From Eledone cirrhosa (lineage: Eukaryota), in contig OZ024752.1 in NCBI GenBank assembly GCA_964016885.1, forward strand, positions 20,832,001 to 20,896,000: 64,000 bases of DNA, read 5' to 3'. Below, piece by piece: positions 1-16,679 of the stretch; position 1 is the first letter of the stretch; each line of letters opens with the position of its first letter. Under the pieces are notes generated by a model that saw only the letters and a program-made list of their open reading frames with translations, made no database searches and was not told the DNA's origin. Made by a program: the position numbers and the translations under genes.

Positions 1-3000
1 CCTAGTATTGTATGTTAAATGTAGTATTGTATGTTACACCTAGTATTGTAGGTAATACTTAGTATTGTATGTTACATCTAGTATTGTATGTTACACCTAG
101 TATTGTATGTAACAACTAGTGTTGTATGTTACACCTAGTATTGTATGTTACACCTAGTATTGTATGTTACTTAGTATTGTATGTTACACCTATTGTATCT
201 TACACCTAGAATTGTATGTAACAGGAAGTAGTGTATGTAACAACTAGTATTGTATGTAACACCTAGTATTGAATGTTACACCTAGTACTGTATGTAACAT
301 CTAGTATTGTATGTGACACCTAGTATTGTATGTTACACCTGGTATTGTATGTTTAAATCTAGTACTGTATGTAACATCTTATATTGTATGTGACACCTAG
401 TATTTTATGTTACACCTAGTATTGTATGTTACATCTAGTATTGGATATTACACCTAGTATTGTATGTTACACTTAGTATTGTATGTAACACCTAGAATGT
501 ATTTTGCACCTAGTATTGTATGTTACACCTAGTATTGTATGTTACACTTAGTATTGTATGCTGCACTTAGTGTTGTATGTAACACCTAATATTTTATGTT
601 CCACCTACTATTGTATGTAACACCTAGTATTGTATGTAACACCTAGTGTTGTATGTTACACATAGTATTTCGTGTTACACAGACTATTTTATGTTATATC
701 TAGTGCTGTATGTAACACCTAGCATTATATGTTACACCTTGTATTGTATGTAACACCTAGTATTGTATGTACACCTAGTATCGTATGTTACACCTAGGTT
801 TGTATATTACATGTAGTATTGTATGTTACACCTAGTATTGTATGTTACACCTTGTATTGTATGTTACACCTACTATTGTATGTTCCATGTAGTATTGTAT
901 GTTAACCTAGTATGGTATGTTACACCTTGTATTGTATGTTACACCTAGTATTGTATGTTACACCTAGTGCTGTATGTAAAACCTAGTATTGTATGTAACA
1001 CCTAGTATTGTATGTTACACCTAGATTGTATGTAACACTTAGTATTGTATGTTACACCTGCTATTGTATGTTACATGTAGTATTGTATGTTACACCTAGT
1101 ATTGTATGTAACACCTGGTATTGTATGTTACACCTAGTATTGTATGTTACACCTAGTATTGTATGTTACATGTAGTATTGTATGTTAAACCTAGTATTGT
1201 AAGTAACACCTAGTATTGTATGTTAGACCTGGTATTGTATGTTAGACCTAGTATTGTATGTTAGACCGAGTATTGTATGTAACACCTAGTATTGTATGTT
1301 ACACCTAGTATTGTGTGTTACACATTCTGTTGTATGTAACACCTTGCATTGTATCTTACACCTACTATTGTATGTTACATGTAGTATTGTATGTTACCCC
1401 TAGTATTATATGTAACACCTAGTATTGTATGTTACACCTTGTAATGTATGTTACATATAGTATTGTATGTTAAACCTAGTGTGGTAGGTAACACCTATGT
1501 TACACATAGTATTGTATGTAACACCTAGAATTGTATGTAACACCTAGTGTTGTATGTTACACCTAGTATTGTATGTTAAACCTAGTATTGTATGTGACTC
1601 CTACTATTGTATGTTCAATTTAGTAGTGTATGTTACACCTACTACTTTATGTAACACATAGTAGTTTATGTTACACCTAGTGTTGTATGTTATGCTTAGT
1701 CTTGTAATTTACACCTTGTATTGTATGTAACACCTAGTATTGTATGTTTAACCTAGTATTCTATGTTACACCTAGTACTTTGTTATAAGTAGTATTGTAT
1801 GTTACACCTAGTATTATATGTTACACCTAGTGCTGTATGTAACACGTACTATTGTTTTATACACCTTGTATCGTATGTTAGTCCTAGTATTGTATGTAAC
1901 ACGTAATATTGTATGTAACACTTAGTATTGTATGTAACACCTAATATTGCATGTAACACCTAGTATTGCATGTTACACCTAGTATTGTATGTTACACCTA
2001 GTACTGTATGTTATATGTAGTATTGTATGTTACACCTAGTAGTGTATGTTACACCTAGTATTCTATGTTAAACTAGTATTGTATGTTATACCTAGTATTG
2101 TATGTTACACCGAGTTTTCTATGTTACACCTTGTATTGTATGTTACACCTAGTGAATGTTACACCTATTGTATGTTACACCTGTCGTATGTAACACCTAG
2201 TATTGTATGTTACACCTAGTGTTGTATGTAACACATAGTTTTGTATGTTATACCTAGTGTTGTATGTAACACCTAGTATTATGTGTTACACCTCCTATTA
2301 TCTGTAACACGTAGTATTGTATGTTACACCTAGTATTGAATGTTACACCGAGTATTGTATGTTACACCTAGTATTGTATGTAACATCTAGTATTGTATGT
2401 TACACCTAGTATTGTATGTAATACCTAGTATTGTATGTAACACCTTATATTTTATGTTACACCTAGTATTGTATGTTACACCTAGTATTGTATGTTACAC
2501 CTACTATGTTATGTAACAGCTAGTATTGTATGTTACGCCTAGTATTGTATGTTACACCTAGTATTGTATGTTTCACCTAGTATGGTAGGTAACACCTAGT
2601 ATTGTATGTTACAGCTAGTATTGTATGTTACACCTAGTATTGTATGTTACACCTACAATTGTATGTTACATGTAGCAGTGTATGTTACACCTACTATTTT
2701 ATGTAACACCTAGTATTGTATGTTACACCTAGTGTTGTATTTTACGCCTAGTATTGTATGTTACACATTGTCTTGTATGTAACATCTAGTATTGTATGTT
2801 ACACCTATTATTTTATGTTACACCTAGTACTGTATGATATATGTAGTATTGTATGTTACACCTAGTATTGTATGTTCCACCTAGTGTTGTATGTAACACC
2901 TAGTATTGTATATTACACCTAGTATTGTATGTTGCAGCTAGTATTGTATGTTACATGTAGTATTGTAGGTAACAGCTAGTATTGTATTTTACACCTATTA

Positions 3001-6000
3001 CTGTATGTTACATGTAGTATTCAGTTACACCTAGATTGTATGTAACCCCTATTATTGTATGTTACACCAAGTACTGTATGTTACATGTAGTATTGTTTGT
3101 TACACCTAGTATTGTATTTTACACCTAATCCTGTATGTAACATCTAGTATTGTTTGTAAAACCTAGTATTGTATGTTACACCTAGTATTGTATTTTACAC
3201 CTAGTACTGTATGTTACATGTAGTATTTTATGTTACACCTAGTATTGTAAGTTACACCTGGTACTGTATGTAACATCTAGTATTGTATGTTACACTTAGT
3301 ATTGTATGTTGCAGCTAGTATTGTATGTTACACTTAGTATTGTATGTAACATCTAGTATTGTATGTTACACCGAGTATTGTATGTTACACCTAATATTGT
3401 ATGTTACAACTAATATTGTATGTTACACGTAGTATTGTATGTTACACCTAGTATTGTATGTTACACTTCGTATTGTATGTTACACCTTCTATTGTATGTT
3501 ACACCTAGTATTGTATGTAACAGGAAGTTTTGTATGTAACAACTAGTATTGTATGTAACACCTAGTATTGAATGTTACACCTAGTACTGTATGTAACAGC
3601 TAGTATTGTATGTAAAACCTAGTATTGTATGTTACACCTGGTATTGTATGTTAGACCTAGTATTGTATGTTACACCTAGTATTGTATGTAACACCTAGCA
3701 TTGTATGTTACACCTAGTGTTGTATGTTACACCTAGTATTGTATGTTACACCTAGTATTGTATGTTATACCTAGTATTGTATGTTACACCTCGTATTGTA
3801 TGTTACACCTAGTATTGTATGTTACATCTAGTGTTGTATGTAACACATATTATTGTATGTTACACCTAGTATTGTGTGTTACACATTCTATTGTATGTAA
3901 CACCCTGTATTGTATCTTACACCTACTATTGTATGTTACATGTAGTATTGTATGTTAAACCTTGTATGGTAGGTAACACCTAGTATTGTATGTTACACAT
4001 AGTATTGTATGTAACACTTAGAATTGTATGTAACACCTAGTGTTGTATGTTACACCTAGTGTTATATGCTATACGTAGTGCTGTATGTAACACCTACTAT
4101 TGTATGTTACACCTAGTATTGTATGTTACACCTAGTATTGTATGTTACTCCTACTATTTTATGTTACATGTAGTAGTGTATGTTACAACTACTACTTTAT
4201 GTAACACCTAGTATGTTATGTTACACCTAGTGTTGTATGTTAAGACTAGTATTGTATGTTACACCTAGTATTGTATGTTTAACCTAGTATTCTATGTTAC
4301 ACCTAGCACTTTATGTTATAAGTAGTATTGTATGTTACACCTAGTATTATATGTTACACCAAGTGCTGTATGTAACACCTACTATTGTTTTATACACCTC
4401 GTAGTACTGTATGTTACATGTAGTATTTTATGTTACATCTAGTATTGTATGTTACACCTAGTAGTGTATGTAACATCCAGTATTGTATGTTACACCTAGT
4501 ATTTTATGTTGCAGCTAGTATTGTATGTTACACCTAGTATTGTATGTTACACCTAGTATTGTATGTAACACCTAGTATTGTATGTTACACCTAATATTGT
4601 ATGTTACACCTAATATTGTATGTTACACGTAGTATTGTATGTTACACCTACTATTGTATGTTACACCTAGTATTGTACGTAACAGGAAGTATTGTATGTA
4701 ACACCTAGTATTGAATGTTACACCTAGTACTGTATGTAACATCTAGTATTGTATGTAAAACCTAGTATTGTATGTTACACCTGGTATTTTATGTTAGACC
4801 TAGTACTGCATGTTACATATAGTATTGTATGTTACACCTTGTATTGTATGTTTAAATCTAGTACTGTATGTAACATCTAGTATTCTATGTTACACATAGT
4901 ATTGTATGTAACACCTAGTATTGTATGTTACACCTAGTGTTGAATGTTACACCTCGTGTGGTATTTTACACCTAGTATTGTATGTTACACCTAATGTTGT
5001 ATGTAACACCTAGTATTGTATGTTACGCCTAGTATTGTATATAACACCTATTATTGTATGTTACACCTAGTATTGTGTGTTACACATTCTATTGTATGTA
5101 ACACCTTGTATTGTATCTTACACCTACTATTGTATGTTACATGTAGTATTGTATGTTACCCCTAGTAATATATGTAACACCTAGTATTGTATGTTACACC
5201 CAGTATTGTATGTTACATTTAGTATTATATGTTAAACCTAGTATGGTAGGTAACACCTAGTATTGTATGTTACACATAGTGAATGTTACACCTATTGTAT
5301 GTTACACCTCCTATTATCTGTAACACGTAGTATTGTATGTTACACCTAGTATTGAATGTTACACCGAGTATTGTATGTTACACCTAGTATTGAATGTTAC
5401 ACCTAGTATTGTATGTTACACCTAGTATCGTATGTTACACCTACTATGTTATGTAGCAGCTAGTATTGTATGTTACGCCTAGTATTGTATGTTACACCTA
5501 GTATTATATGTAACACCTAGTATTGTATGTTTCACCTAGTATGGTAGGTAACGCCTAGTATTGTATGTTACACCTAGTATTGTATGTTACACCTACAATT
5601 GTATGTTACATGTAGCAGTGTATGTTACACCTACTATTTTATGTAACACCTAGTATTGTATGTTACACCTAGTATTTTATGTAACACCTAGTGTTGTATG
5701 TTACACCTAGTATTGTATGTTACACCTAGAGCTGCTTGTAACACCTAGTATTGTATGTTACACCTAGTGTTGTCTGTAACCCCTAGTAATCTATGTTACA
5801 TGTAGTATTGTATGTTACACCTAGTATTGTATGTTACATTTAGTATTGTATGTTACACCTACTATTGTATGTTACACCTAATATTGTATGTAACAGGAAG
5901 TATTGTATGTAACAACTAGTATTGTATGTAACACCTAGTATTGAATGTTAAACCTAGTACTGTATGTAACATCTAGTATTGTATGTAACACCTAGTATTG

Positions 6001-9000
6001 TATGATACACCTGGTATTGTATGTTAGAGCTAGTACTGTATGTTACATGCAGTATTGTATGTTACACCTAGTACTGTATGTAACATCTAGTATTGTATGT
6101 GACACCTAGTATTGTATGTGACATCTAGTATTGTAGGTTACACCAAGTATTGTATGTTACACCTATTATTGTATGTTACACCTAGTATTGTATGTTAGAT
6201 CTAGTACTGTATGTTACATGTAGTATTGTATGTTACACCTAGTATTATATGTAACAATACTACATTTAACATACAATAGTAAGTGTATGTTACACCTACT
6301 ATTGTATCTTACACCTAGTATTGTATGTTAAATGTAGTATTGTATGTTACACCTAGTATTGTAGGTAATACTTAGTATTGTATGTTACATCTAGTATTGT
6401 ATGTTACACCTAGTATTGTATGTAACAACTAGTGTTGTATGTTACACCTAGTATTGTATGTTACACCTAGTATTGTATGTTACTTAGTATTGTATGTTAC
6501 ACCTATTGTATCTTACACCTAGTATTGTATGTAACAGGAAGTAGTGTATGTAACAACTAGTATTGTATGTAACACCTAGTATTGAATGTTACACCTAGTA
6601 CTGTATGTAACATCTAGTATTGTATGTGACACCTAGTATTGTATGTTACACCTGGTATTGTATGTTTAAATCTAGTACTGTATGTAACATCTTATATTGT
6701 ATGTGACACCTAGTATTTTATGTTACACCTAGTATTGTATGTTACATCTAGTATTGGATATTACACCTAGTATTGTATGTTACACTTAGTATTGTATGTA
6801 ACACCTAGAATGTATTTTGCACCTAGTATTGTATGTTACACCTAGTATTGTATGTTACACTTAGTATTGTATGCTGCACTTAGTGTTGTATGTAACACCT
6901 AATATTTTATGTTCCACCTACTATTGTATGTAACACCTAGTATTGTATGTAACACCTAGTGTTGTATGTTACACATAGTATTTCGTGTTACACAGACTAT
7001 TTTATGTTATATCTAGTGCTGTATGTAACACCTAGCATTATATTTTACACCTTGTATTGTATGTAACACCTAGTATTGTATGTACACCTAGTATCGTATG
7101 TTACACCTAGTTTTGTATATTACATGTAGTATTGTATGTTACACCTAGTATTGTATGTTACACCTTGTATTGTATGTTACACCTACTATTGTATGTTCCA
7201 TGTAGTATTGTATGTTAACCTAGTATGGTATGTTACACCTTGTATTGTATGTTACACCTAGTATTGTATGTTACACCTAGTGCTGTATGTAAAACCTAGT
7301 ATTGTATGTAACACCTAGTATTGTATGTTACACCTAGATTGTATGTAACACTTAGTATTGTATGTTACACCTGCTATTGTATGTTACATATAGTATTGTA
7401 TGTTACACCTAGTATTGTATGTAACACCTGGTATTGTATGTTACACCTAGTATTGTATGTTACATGTAGTATTGTATGTTAAACCTAGTATTGTAAGTAA
7501 CACCTAGTATTGTATGTTAGACCTGGTATTGTATGTTAGACCTAGTACTGTATGTTACATGTATTATTGTATGTTAAATCTTGTATTGTATGTTTAAATC
7601 TAGTACTGTATGTAACATCTAGTATTGTATGTTAGACCGAGTATTGTATGTAACACCTAGTATTGTATGTTACACCTAGTATTGTGTGTTACACATTCTG
7701 TTGTATGTAACACCTTGCATTGTATCTTACACCTACTATTGTATGTTACATGTAGTATTGTATGTTACCCCTAGTATTATATGTAACACCTAGTATTGTA
7801 TGTTACACCTTGTAATGTATGTTACATATAGTATTGTATGTTAAACCTAGTGTGGTAGGTAACACCTATTATTGTATGTTACACATAGTATTGTATGTAA
7901 CACCTAGAATTGTATGTAACACCTAGTGTTGTATGTTACACCTAGTATTGTATGTTAAACCTAGTATTGTATGTGACTCCTACTATTGTATGTTCAATTT
8001 AGTAGTGTATGTTACACCTACTACTTTATGTAACACATAGTACTTTATGTTACACCTAGTGTTGTATGTTATGCTTAGTCTTGTAATTTACACCTTGTAT
8101 TGTATGTAACACCTAGTATTGTATGTTTAACCTAGTATTCTATGTTACACCTAGTACTTTGTTATAAGTAGTATTGTATGTTACACCTAGTATTATATGT
8201 TACACCTAGTGCTGTATGTAACACGTACTATTGTTTTATACACCTTGTATCGTATGTTACTCCTAGTATTGTATGTAACACGTAATATTGTATGTAACAC
8301 TTAGTATTGTATGTAACACCTAATATTGCATGTAACACCTAGTATTGCATGTTACACCTAGTATTGTATGTTACACCTAGTACTGTATGTTATATGTAGT
8401 ATTGTATGTTACACCTAGTAGTGTATGTTACACCTAGTATTCTATGTTAAACTAGTATTGTATGTTATACCTAGTATTGTATGTTACACCGAGTTTTCTA
8501 TGTTACACCTTGTATTGTATGTTACACCTAGTGAATGTTACACCTATTGTATGTTACACCTGTCGTATGTAACACCTAGTATTGTATGTTACACCTAGTG
8601 TTGTATGTAACACATAGTTTTGTATGTTATACCTAGTGTTGTATGTAACACCTAGTATTATGTGTTACACCTCCTATTATCTGTAACACGTAGTATTGTA
8701 TGTTACACCTAGTATTGAATGTTACACCGAGTATTGTATGTTACACCTAGTATTGTATGTAACATCTAGTATTGTATGTTACACCTAGTATTGTATGTAA
8801 TACCTAGTATTGTATGTAACACCTTATATTTTATGTTACACCTAGTATTGAATGTTACACCTAGTATTGTATGTTACACCTAGTATTGTATGTTACACCT
8901 ACTATGTTATGTAACAGTTAGTATTGTATGTTACGCCTAGTATTGTATGTTACACCTAGTATTGTATGTTTCACCTAGTATGGTAGGTAACACCTAGTAT

Positions 9001-12000
9001 TGTATGTTACAGCTAGTATTGTATGTTACACCTAGTATTGTATGTTACACCTACAATTGTATGTTAGATGTAGCAGTGTATGTTACACCTACTATTTTAT
9101 GTAACACCTAGTATTGTATGCTACACCTAGTGTTGTATTTTACGCCTAATATTGTATGTTACACATTGTCTTGTATGTAACATCTAGTATTGTATGTTAC
9201 ACCTATTATTTTATGTTACACCTAGTACTGTATGATATATGTAGTATTGTATGTTACACCTAGTATTGTATGTTCCACCTAGTGTTGTATGTAACACCTA
9301 GTATTGTATATTACACCTAGTATTGTATGTTGCAGCTAGTATTGTATGTTACATGTAGTATTGTAGGTAACAGCTAGTATTGTATTTTACACCTATTACT
9401 GTATGTTACATGTAGTATTCAGTTACACCTAGATTGTATGTAACACCTATTATTGTATGTTACACCAAGTACTGTATGTTACATGTAGTATTTTTTGTTA
9501 CACCTAGTATTGTATTTTACACCTAATCCTGTATGTAACATCTAGTATTGTTTGTAAAACCTAGTATTGTATGTTACACCTAGTATTGTATTTTACACCT
9601 AGTACTGTATGTTACATGTAGTATTTTATGTTACACCTAGTATTGTAAGTTACACCTGGTACTGTATGTAACATCTAGTATTGTATGTTACACTTAGTAT
9701 TGTATGTTGCAGCTAGTATTGTATGTTACACCTAGTATTGTATGTAACATCTAGTATTGTATGTTACACCGAGTATTGTATGTTACACCTAATATTGTAT
9801 GTTACAACTAATATTGTATGTTACACGTAGTATTGTATGTTACACCTAGTATTGTATGTTACACTTAGTATTGTATGTTACACCTTCTATTGTATGTTAC
9901 ACCTAGTATTGTATGTAACAGGAAGTTTTGTATGTAACAACTAGTATTGTATGTAACACCTAGTATTGAATGTTACACCTAGTACTGTATGTAACATCTA
10001 GTATTGTATGTAAAACCTAGTATTGTATGTTACACCTGGTATTGTATGTTAGACCTAGTATTGTATGTTACACCTAGTATTGTATGTAACACCTAGCATT
10101 GTATGTTACACCTAGTGTTGTATGTTACACCTAGTATTGTATGTTACACCTAGTATTGTATGTTACACCTAGTATTGTATGTTACACCTCGTATTGTATG
10201 TTACACCTAGTATTGTATGTTACATCTAGTGTTGTATGTAACACATATTATTGTATGTTACACCTAGTATTGTGTGTTACACATTCTATTGTATGTAACA
10301 CCCTGTATTGTATCTTACACCTACTATTGTATGTTACATGTAGTATTGTATGTTAAACCTTGTATGGTAGGTAACACATAGTATTGTATGTTACACATAG
10401 TATTGTATGTAACACTTAGAATTGTATGTAACACCTAGTGTTGTATGTTACACCTAGTGTTATATGTTATACGTAGTGCTGTATGTAACACCTACTATTG
10501 TATGTTACACCTAGTATTGTATGTTACACCTAGTATTGTATGTTACTCCTACTATTGTATGTTACATGTAGTAGTGTATGTTACAACTACTACTTTATGT
10601 AACACCTAGTATGTTATGTTACACCTAGTGTTGTATGTTAAGACTAGTATTGTATGTTACACCTAGTATTGTATGTTTAACCTAGTATTCTATGTTACAC
10701 CAAGTACTTTATGTTATAAGTAGTATTGTATGTTACACCTAGTATTATATGTTACACCAAGTGCTGTATGTAACACCTACTATTGTTTTATACACCTCGT
10801 AGTACTGTATGTTACATGTAGTATTTTATGTTACATCTAGTATTGTATGTTACACCTAGTAGTGTATGTAACATCCAGTATTGTATGTTACACCTAGTAT
10901 TTTATGTTGCAGCTAGTATTGTATGTTACACCTAGTATTGTATGTTACACCTAGTATTGTATGTAACACCTAGTATTGTATGTTACACCTAATATTGTAT
11001 GTTACACGTAGTATTGTATGTTACACCTACTATTGTATGTTACACCTAGTATTGTACGTAACAGGAAGTATTGTATGTAACACCTAGTATTGAATGTTAC
11101 ACCTAGTACTGTATGTAACATCTAGTATTGTATGTAAAACCTAGTATTGTATGTTACACCTGGTATTGTATGTTAGACCTAGTACTGCATGTTACATATA
11201 GTATTGTATGTTACACCTTGTATTGTATGTTTAAATCTAGTACTGTATGTAACATCTAGTATTCTATGTTACACATAGTATTGTATGTTACACCTAGTGT
11301 TGAATGTTACACCTCGTGTGGTATTTTACACCTAGTATTGTATGTTACACCTAATGTTGTATGTAACACCTAGTATTGTATGTTACGCCTAGTATTGTAT
11401 ATAACACCTATTATTGTATGTTACACCTAGTATTGTGTGTTACACATTCTATTGTATGTAACACCTTGTATTGTATCTTACACCTACTATTGTATGTTAC
11501 ATGTAGTATTGTATGTTACCCCTAGTAATATATGTAACACCTAGTATTGTATGTTACACCCAGTATTGTATGTTACATTTAGTATTGTATGTTAAACCTA
11601 GTATGGTAGGTAACACCTAGTATTGTATGTTACACATAGTGAATGTTACACCTATTGTATGTTACACCTGTCGTATGTAACACCTAGTATTGTATGTAAC
11701 ACCTAGTTTTGTATGTTACACCTAGTGTTGTATGTAACACCTAGTATTATGTGTTACACCTCCTATTATCTGTAACACGTAGTATTGTATGTTACACCTA
11801 GTATTGAATGTTACACCGAGTATTGTATGTTACACCTAGTATTGAATGTTACACCTAGTATTGTATGTTACACCTAGTATCGTATGTTACACCTACTATG
11901 TTATGTAGCAGCTAGTATTGTATGTTACGCCTAGTATTGTATGTTACACCTAGTATTATATGTAACACCTAGTATTGTATGTTTCACCTAGTATGGTAGG

Positions 12001-12120
12001 TAACGCCTAGTATTGTATGTTACACCTAGTATTGTATGTTACACCTACAATTGTATGTTACATGTAGCAGTGTATGTTACACCTACTATTTTATGTAACA
12101 CCTAGTATTGTATGTTACAC
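1..12120 (+). repeat. ~6.3-6.4 kb higher-order duplication (about 1-5670 repeated at about 6314-12120)
   Basis: Position 1 sequence recurs at 6314. Rare variants recur in the same order (e.g. tttcgtgttacacagact at ~668 and ~6981). Near-identical ORFs at 3743 and 10141 (offset 6398). Confidence 0.92.
6254..6287 (-). repeat. 34-bp inverted satellite segment (copy 1 of 5)
   Basis: acaatactacatttaacatacaatagtaagtgta is the reverse complement of tacacttactattgtatgttaaatgtagtattgt, an ordinary satellite sequence. Confidence 0.9.
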
Positions 12121-13628
12121 CTAGTGTTGTATTTTACGCCTAGTATTGTATGTTACACATTGTCTTGTATGTAACACCTAGTATTGTATGTTACACCTAT
12201 TATTGTATGTTACACCTAGTACTGTATGTTATATGTGGTATTGTATGTTACACCTGTTGTATGTAACACCTAGTATTGTATGTTCCACCTAGTGTTGTAT
12301 GTAACACCTAGTATTGTATATTACACCTAGTATTGTACATTACACCTAGTATTGTATGTTACAGCTAGTATTGTATGTTACATGTAGTATTGTAGGTAAC
12401 AGCTAGTATTGTATGTTACGCCTATTACTGTATGTTACATGTAGTATTCAGTTACACCTAGTTTGTATGTAACACCTATTATTGTATTTTACACCAAGTA
12501 CTGTATGTTATATGTAGTATTGTATGTTACATCTCGTATTGTATGTTACTCCTAGTACTGTATGTAACATCTAGTATTGTATGTTATACCTAGTATTGTT
12601 TGTTGCAGTTAGTATTGTATGTTACACCTAGTATTGTATGTAACATCTAGTATTTTTTGTTACACCTAGTATTGTATGTTACACCTAATATTGTATGTTA
12701 CACATAGTATTGTATGTTACACTTAGTATTGTATGTTACACCTACTATTGTATGTTACACCTAGTACTGTATGTAACATCTAGTATTGTATGTAAAACCT
12801 AGTATTGTATGTTACACCTGGTATTGTATGTTAGACGCAGTACTGTATGTTACATGTAGTATCGTATCTTACACCTTGTATTGTATGTTTAAATCTAGTA
12901 CTGTATGTAACATCTAGTATTTTATGTTACACCTCGTATTGTATGTTACAACTAGTGTTGTATGTAACACCTAGTATTGTGTGTTACATATTCTATTGTA
13001 TGTAACACCTTGTATTGTATGTTACATGTAGTATTGTATGTTACATGTAGTATGGTAGGTAACATCTAGTAATGTATGTTACACATAGTATTGTATGTAA
13101 CACCTAGAAGTGTATGTAACACCTAGTGTTGTATGTTACACCTAGTGTTATATGTTACACCTAGTGCTGTATGTAACACATACTATTGTATGTTAGAGCT
13201 AGTATTGTATTTTACAACTAGTATCGTGTGTAACACCTAGTATTGTATGTTACACCTATTACTGTATGTTACATGTAGTATTCTGTTACACCTAGATTGT
13301 ATGTAACACCTAGTATTTTATGTTAGACATAGTATTGTATGTTACATGTATTATCGTATGTAACAGCTAGTATTGTATGATACACCTAGTATTGTATGTT
13401 ACACATAGTATTGTATGTTACAACTAATGTTGTATGTCACACTTAGTATTGTATGTGACACCTAGTATTGTTTATAACAGGAAGTATTGTATGTAACAAC
13501 TATTATTGTATGTAACATCTAGTATTGTATGTAACACCTAGTATTGTATGTTACACCTAGTATTGTATGTTAGACCTAGTATTGTTTGTTACACCTAGTA
13601 TTGTATGTTACACCTAGTATTATATGTT

Positions 13629-13662
13629 ACAATACTACATGTAACATACAATAGTAAGTGTA
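13629..13662 (-). repeat. 34-bp inverted satellite segment (copy 2)
   Basis: acaatactacatgtaacatacaatagtaagtgta, with the same breakpoints as at 6254. Confidence 0.9.
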
Positions 13663-14577
13663 TGTTACACATACTATTGTATTTTACACCTAGTATTGTA
13701 TGTTAAATGTAGTATTGTAGGTAATACTTAGTATTGTATGTTACATCTAGTATTGTATGTTACACCTAGTATTGTATGTTACACCTAGAGCTGTATGTAA
13801 CACCTAGTATTTTGTGTTACACCTAGTGTTGTCTGTATCACCTAGTATTCTATGTTACATGTAGTATTATATGTTACACCTAGTATTTGATGTTACACCT
13901 AGTATTGTATGTTACACTTAGTATTGTATGTTACACCTACTATTGTATGTTAGACCTAGTATTGTATGTAACAGGAAGTATTGTATATAACAACTAGTAT
14001 TGTATGTAACAACTAGTATTGTATGTTAGACCTAGTATTGTATGTTACATGTAGTATTGTATGTTACAGTTAGTACTGTATGTAACATCTAGTATTGTAT
14101 GTGACACCTAGTATTGCATGTTACACCTAGTATTGTATGTTACAACTAGTATTGTATGTTACACCTAGTATTGGATGTTATACCTAGTATTGTATGTTAC
14201 ACTTAGTAGTGTATGTAACACCTAGTATTGTATGTTACACCTAGTATTGTATGTTAAACCTAGTACTGTATGTAACACCTTGTATTGTATGTAACACCTG
14301 GGATTGTATTTTGCATCTAGTATTTTATGTTAAACCTAGTATTGTATGTTACATGTAGTATTGTATGTTGCACCTAGTATTGTATGTTACAGCTAGTATT
14401 GTATGTTACACCTAGTATTGTATGTAACATCTAGTATTATAAATAACACCTAGTATTGTATATTACACCTAGTATTGTTTGTTACACCTAACATTGTATG
14501 TTACACGTAGTTTGTATGTTACACCTAGTATTGTATGTTACACACAGTATTGTATGTTACACCTAGTATTATATGTT

Positions 14578-14611
14578 ACAATACCACATGTAACATACAA
14601 TAGTAAGTGTA
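14578..14611 (-). repeat. 34-bp inverted satellite segment (copy 3)
   Basis: acaataccacatgtaacatacaatagtaagtgta. Confidence 0.88.
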
Positions 14612-16645
14612 TGTGACACTTACTATTGTATGTAACACCTAGTATTGTATGTTACACCTAGTATTGTATGTTACACCTAGTATTGTATGTAACACCTAGT
14701 ATTGTATGTTACACCTAGTATTGTATGTTACACCTAGAGCTGTATGTAACACCTAGTATTGTATGTTACACCTAGTGTTGTATGTTATACCTTGTACTGT
14801 ATGTAACATCTAGTATTGTATGTAACACCTTGTGTTGTATGTTACACCTAGTATTGTATGTTTCACCTAGTATTGTATGTAACACGTAGTATTCTATGTT
14901 GCACCTAGCATTGTATGTTACAACTAGTATTTTCTGTTACATCTAGTACTGTATCTTACACCTAGTGTTGTATGATGCACTTAGTATTGTATGTTAAATG
15001 TAGTATTGTATGTTACACCTAGTATTGGTTGTTACATCTAGTATTCTATGTTACACCCAGTATTGTATGTTACACCTAGTATTGTATGTTACATGGAGTA
15101 CTGTATGTTACACCTAGTATTGTATGTTATACCTAGTACTGTATGTTACATGTAGTATTGTATGTTACACCTAGTATTGTATGTTACACCTGGTACTGTG
15201 TTACATGGAGTACTGTATGTTACACCTAGTATTGTATGTAACACCTTGTGTTTTATGTTACACCTAGTATTGTATGTTACACCTAGTATTGTATGTTACA
15301 CCTAGTATTGTATGTTAGACCTATTATTGTATGTTAGACCTAGTATTGTATGGTACATCTAGTATTGTATGTTACACCTAGTATTGGATGTTACACCTAG
15401 TATTGTATATTACACTTAGTATTGTATGTAACACCTAGTATTGTATGTTACATTTAGTATTGTATGTTAAACCTAGTACTGTATGTAACACCTAGTATTG
15501 TATGTAACACCTAGTATTGTATGTTACACATAGTATTCTATGTTACATGTAGTATTGTATGTAACAGCTAGTATTGTATGTTACACATAGTATTGTATGT
15601 TACATCTAGTATTGTATGTTACACTTAGTACTGTATGTTACACCTGGTATTGTATATAGCAGGAAGTATTGTATGTAACATCTAGTATTGTATGTTACAC
15701 CTAGTATTGTAGGTAATACTTAGTATTGTATGTTACATCTAGTATTGGATGTAACACCTAGTGTTGTATGTTACACCTAGTATTGTATGTTACACCTAGT
15801 GTTGTCTGTAACCCCTAGTATTCTATGTTACATGTAGTATAGTATGTTACACCTAGTACTGTATGTAACATCTAGTATTGTATGTAACACCTAGTACTGT
15901 ATTTAACACCTCGTACTGTATTTTACACCTAGTATTGTATGTTAGATCTAGTATTGTATGTTACATCTAGTATTGTATGTAACAACTAGTATTGAATGTT
16001 ACACCCAGTACTGTATGTAACATCTAGTATTGTATGTAACACGTAGTATTGTATGTTACACCTACTATTGTATGTTAAACCTAGTACTGTATGTTACATG
16101 TAGTATTGTATGTTACACCTAGTACTGTATGTAACATCTAGTATTGTATGTGACACCTAGTATTGCATGTTACACCTAGTATTGTATGTTACACCTAGTA
16201 TTGTATGTTACACCTAGTATTGGATGTTATACCTAGTATTGTATGTTACACTCAGTAGTGTATGTAACACCTAGTATTGTATGTTACACCTAGTATTGTA
16301 TGTTAAAGCTAGTACTGTATGTAACACCTAGTATTGTATGTAACACCTGGGATTGTATTTTGCATCTAGTATTTTATGTTAAACCTAGTATTGTATGTTA
16401 CACCTGTACTGTATGTTACATGTAGTATTGTATGTTACTCCTAGTATTGTATGTTACACCTAGTATTGTATGTAACATCTAGTATTATAAATAACACCTA
16501 GTATTGTATATTACACCTAGTATTGTATGTTACACCTATTATTGTATGTTACACGTAGTATTGTATGTTACACCTAGTATTGTATGTTACACACAGTATT
16601 GTATGTTACACCTACTATTGTATTTTACACCTAGTATTATATGTT

Positions 16646-16679
16646 ACAATACCACATGTAACATACAATTGTAAGTGTA
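16646..16679 (-). repeat. 34-bp inverted satellite segment (copy 4)
   Basis: acaataccacatgtaacatacaattgtaagtgta. Confidence 0.88.
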
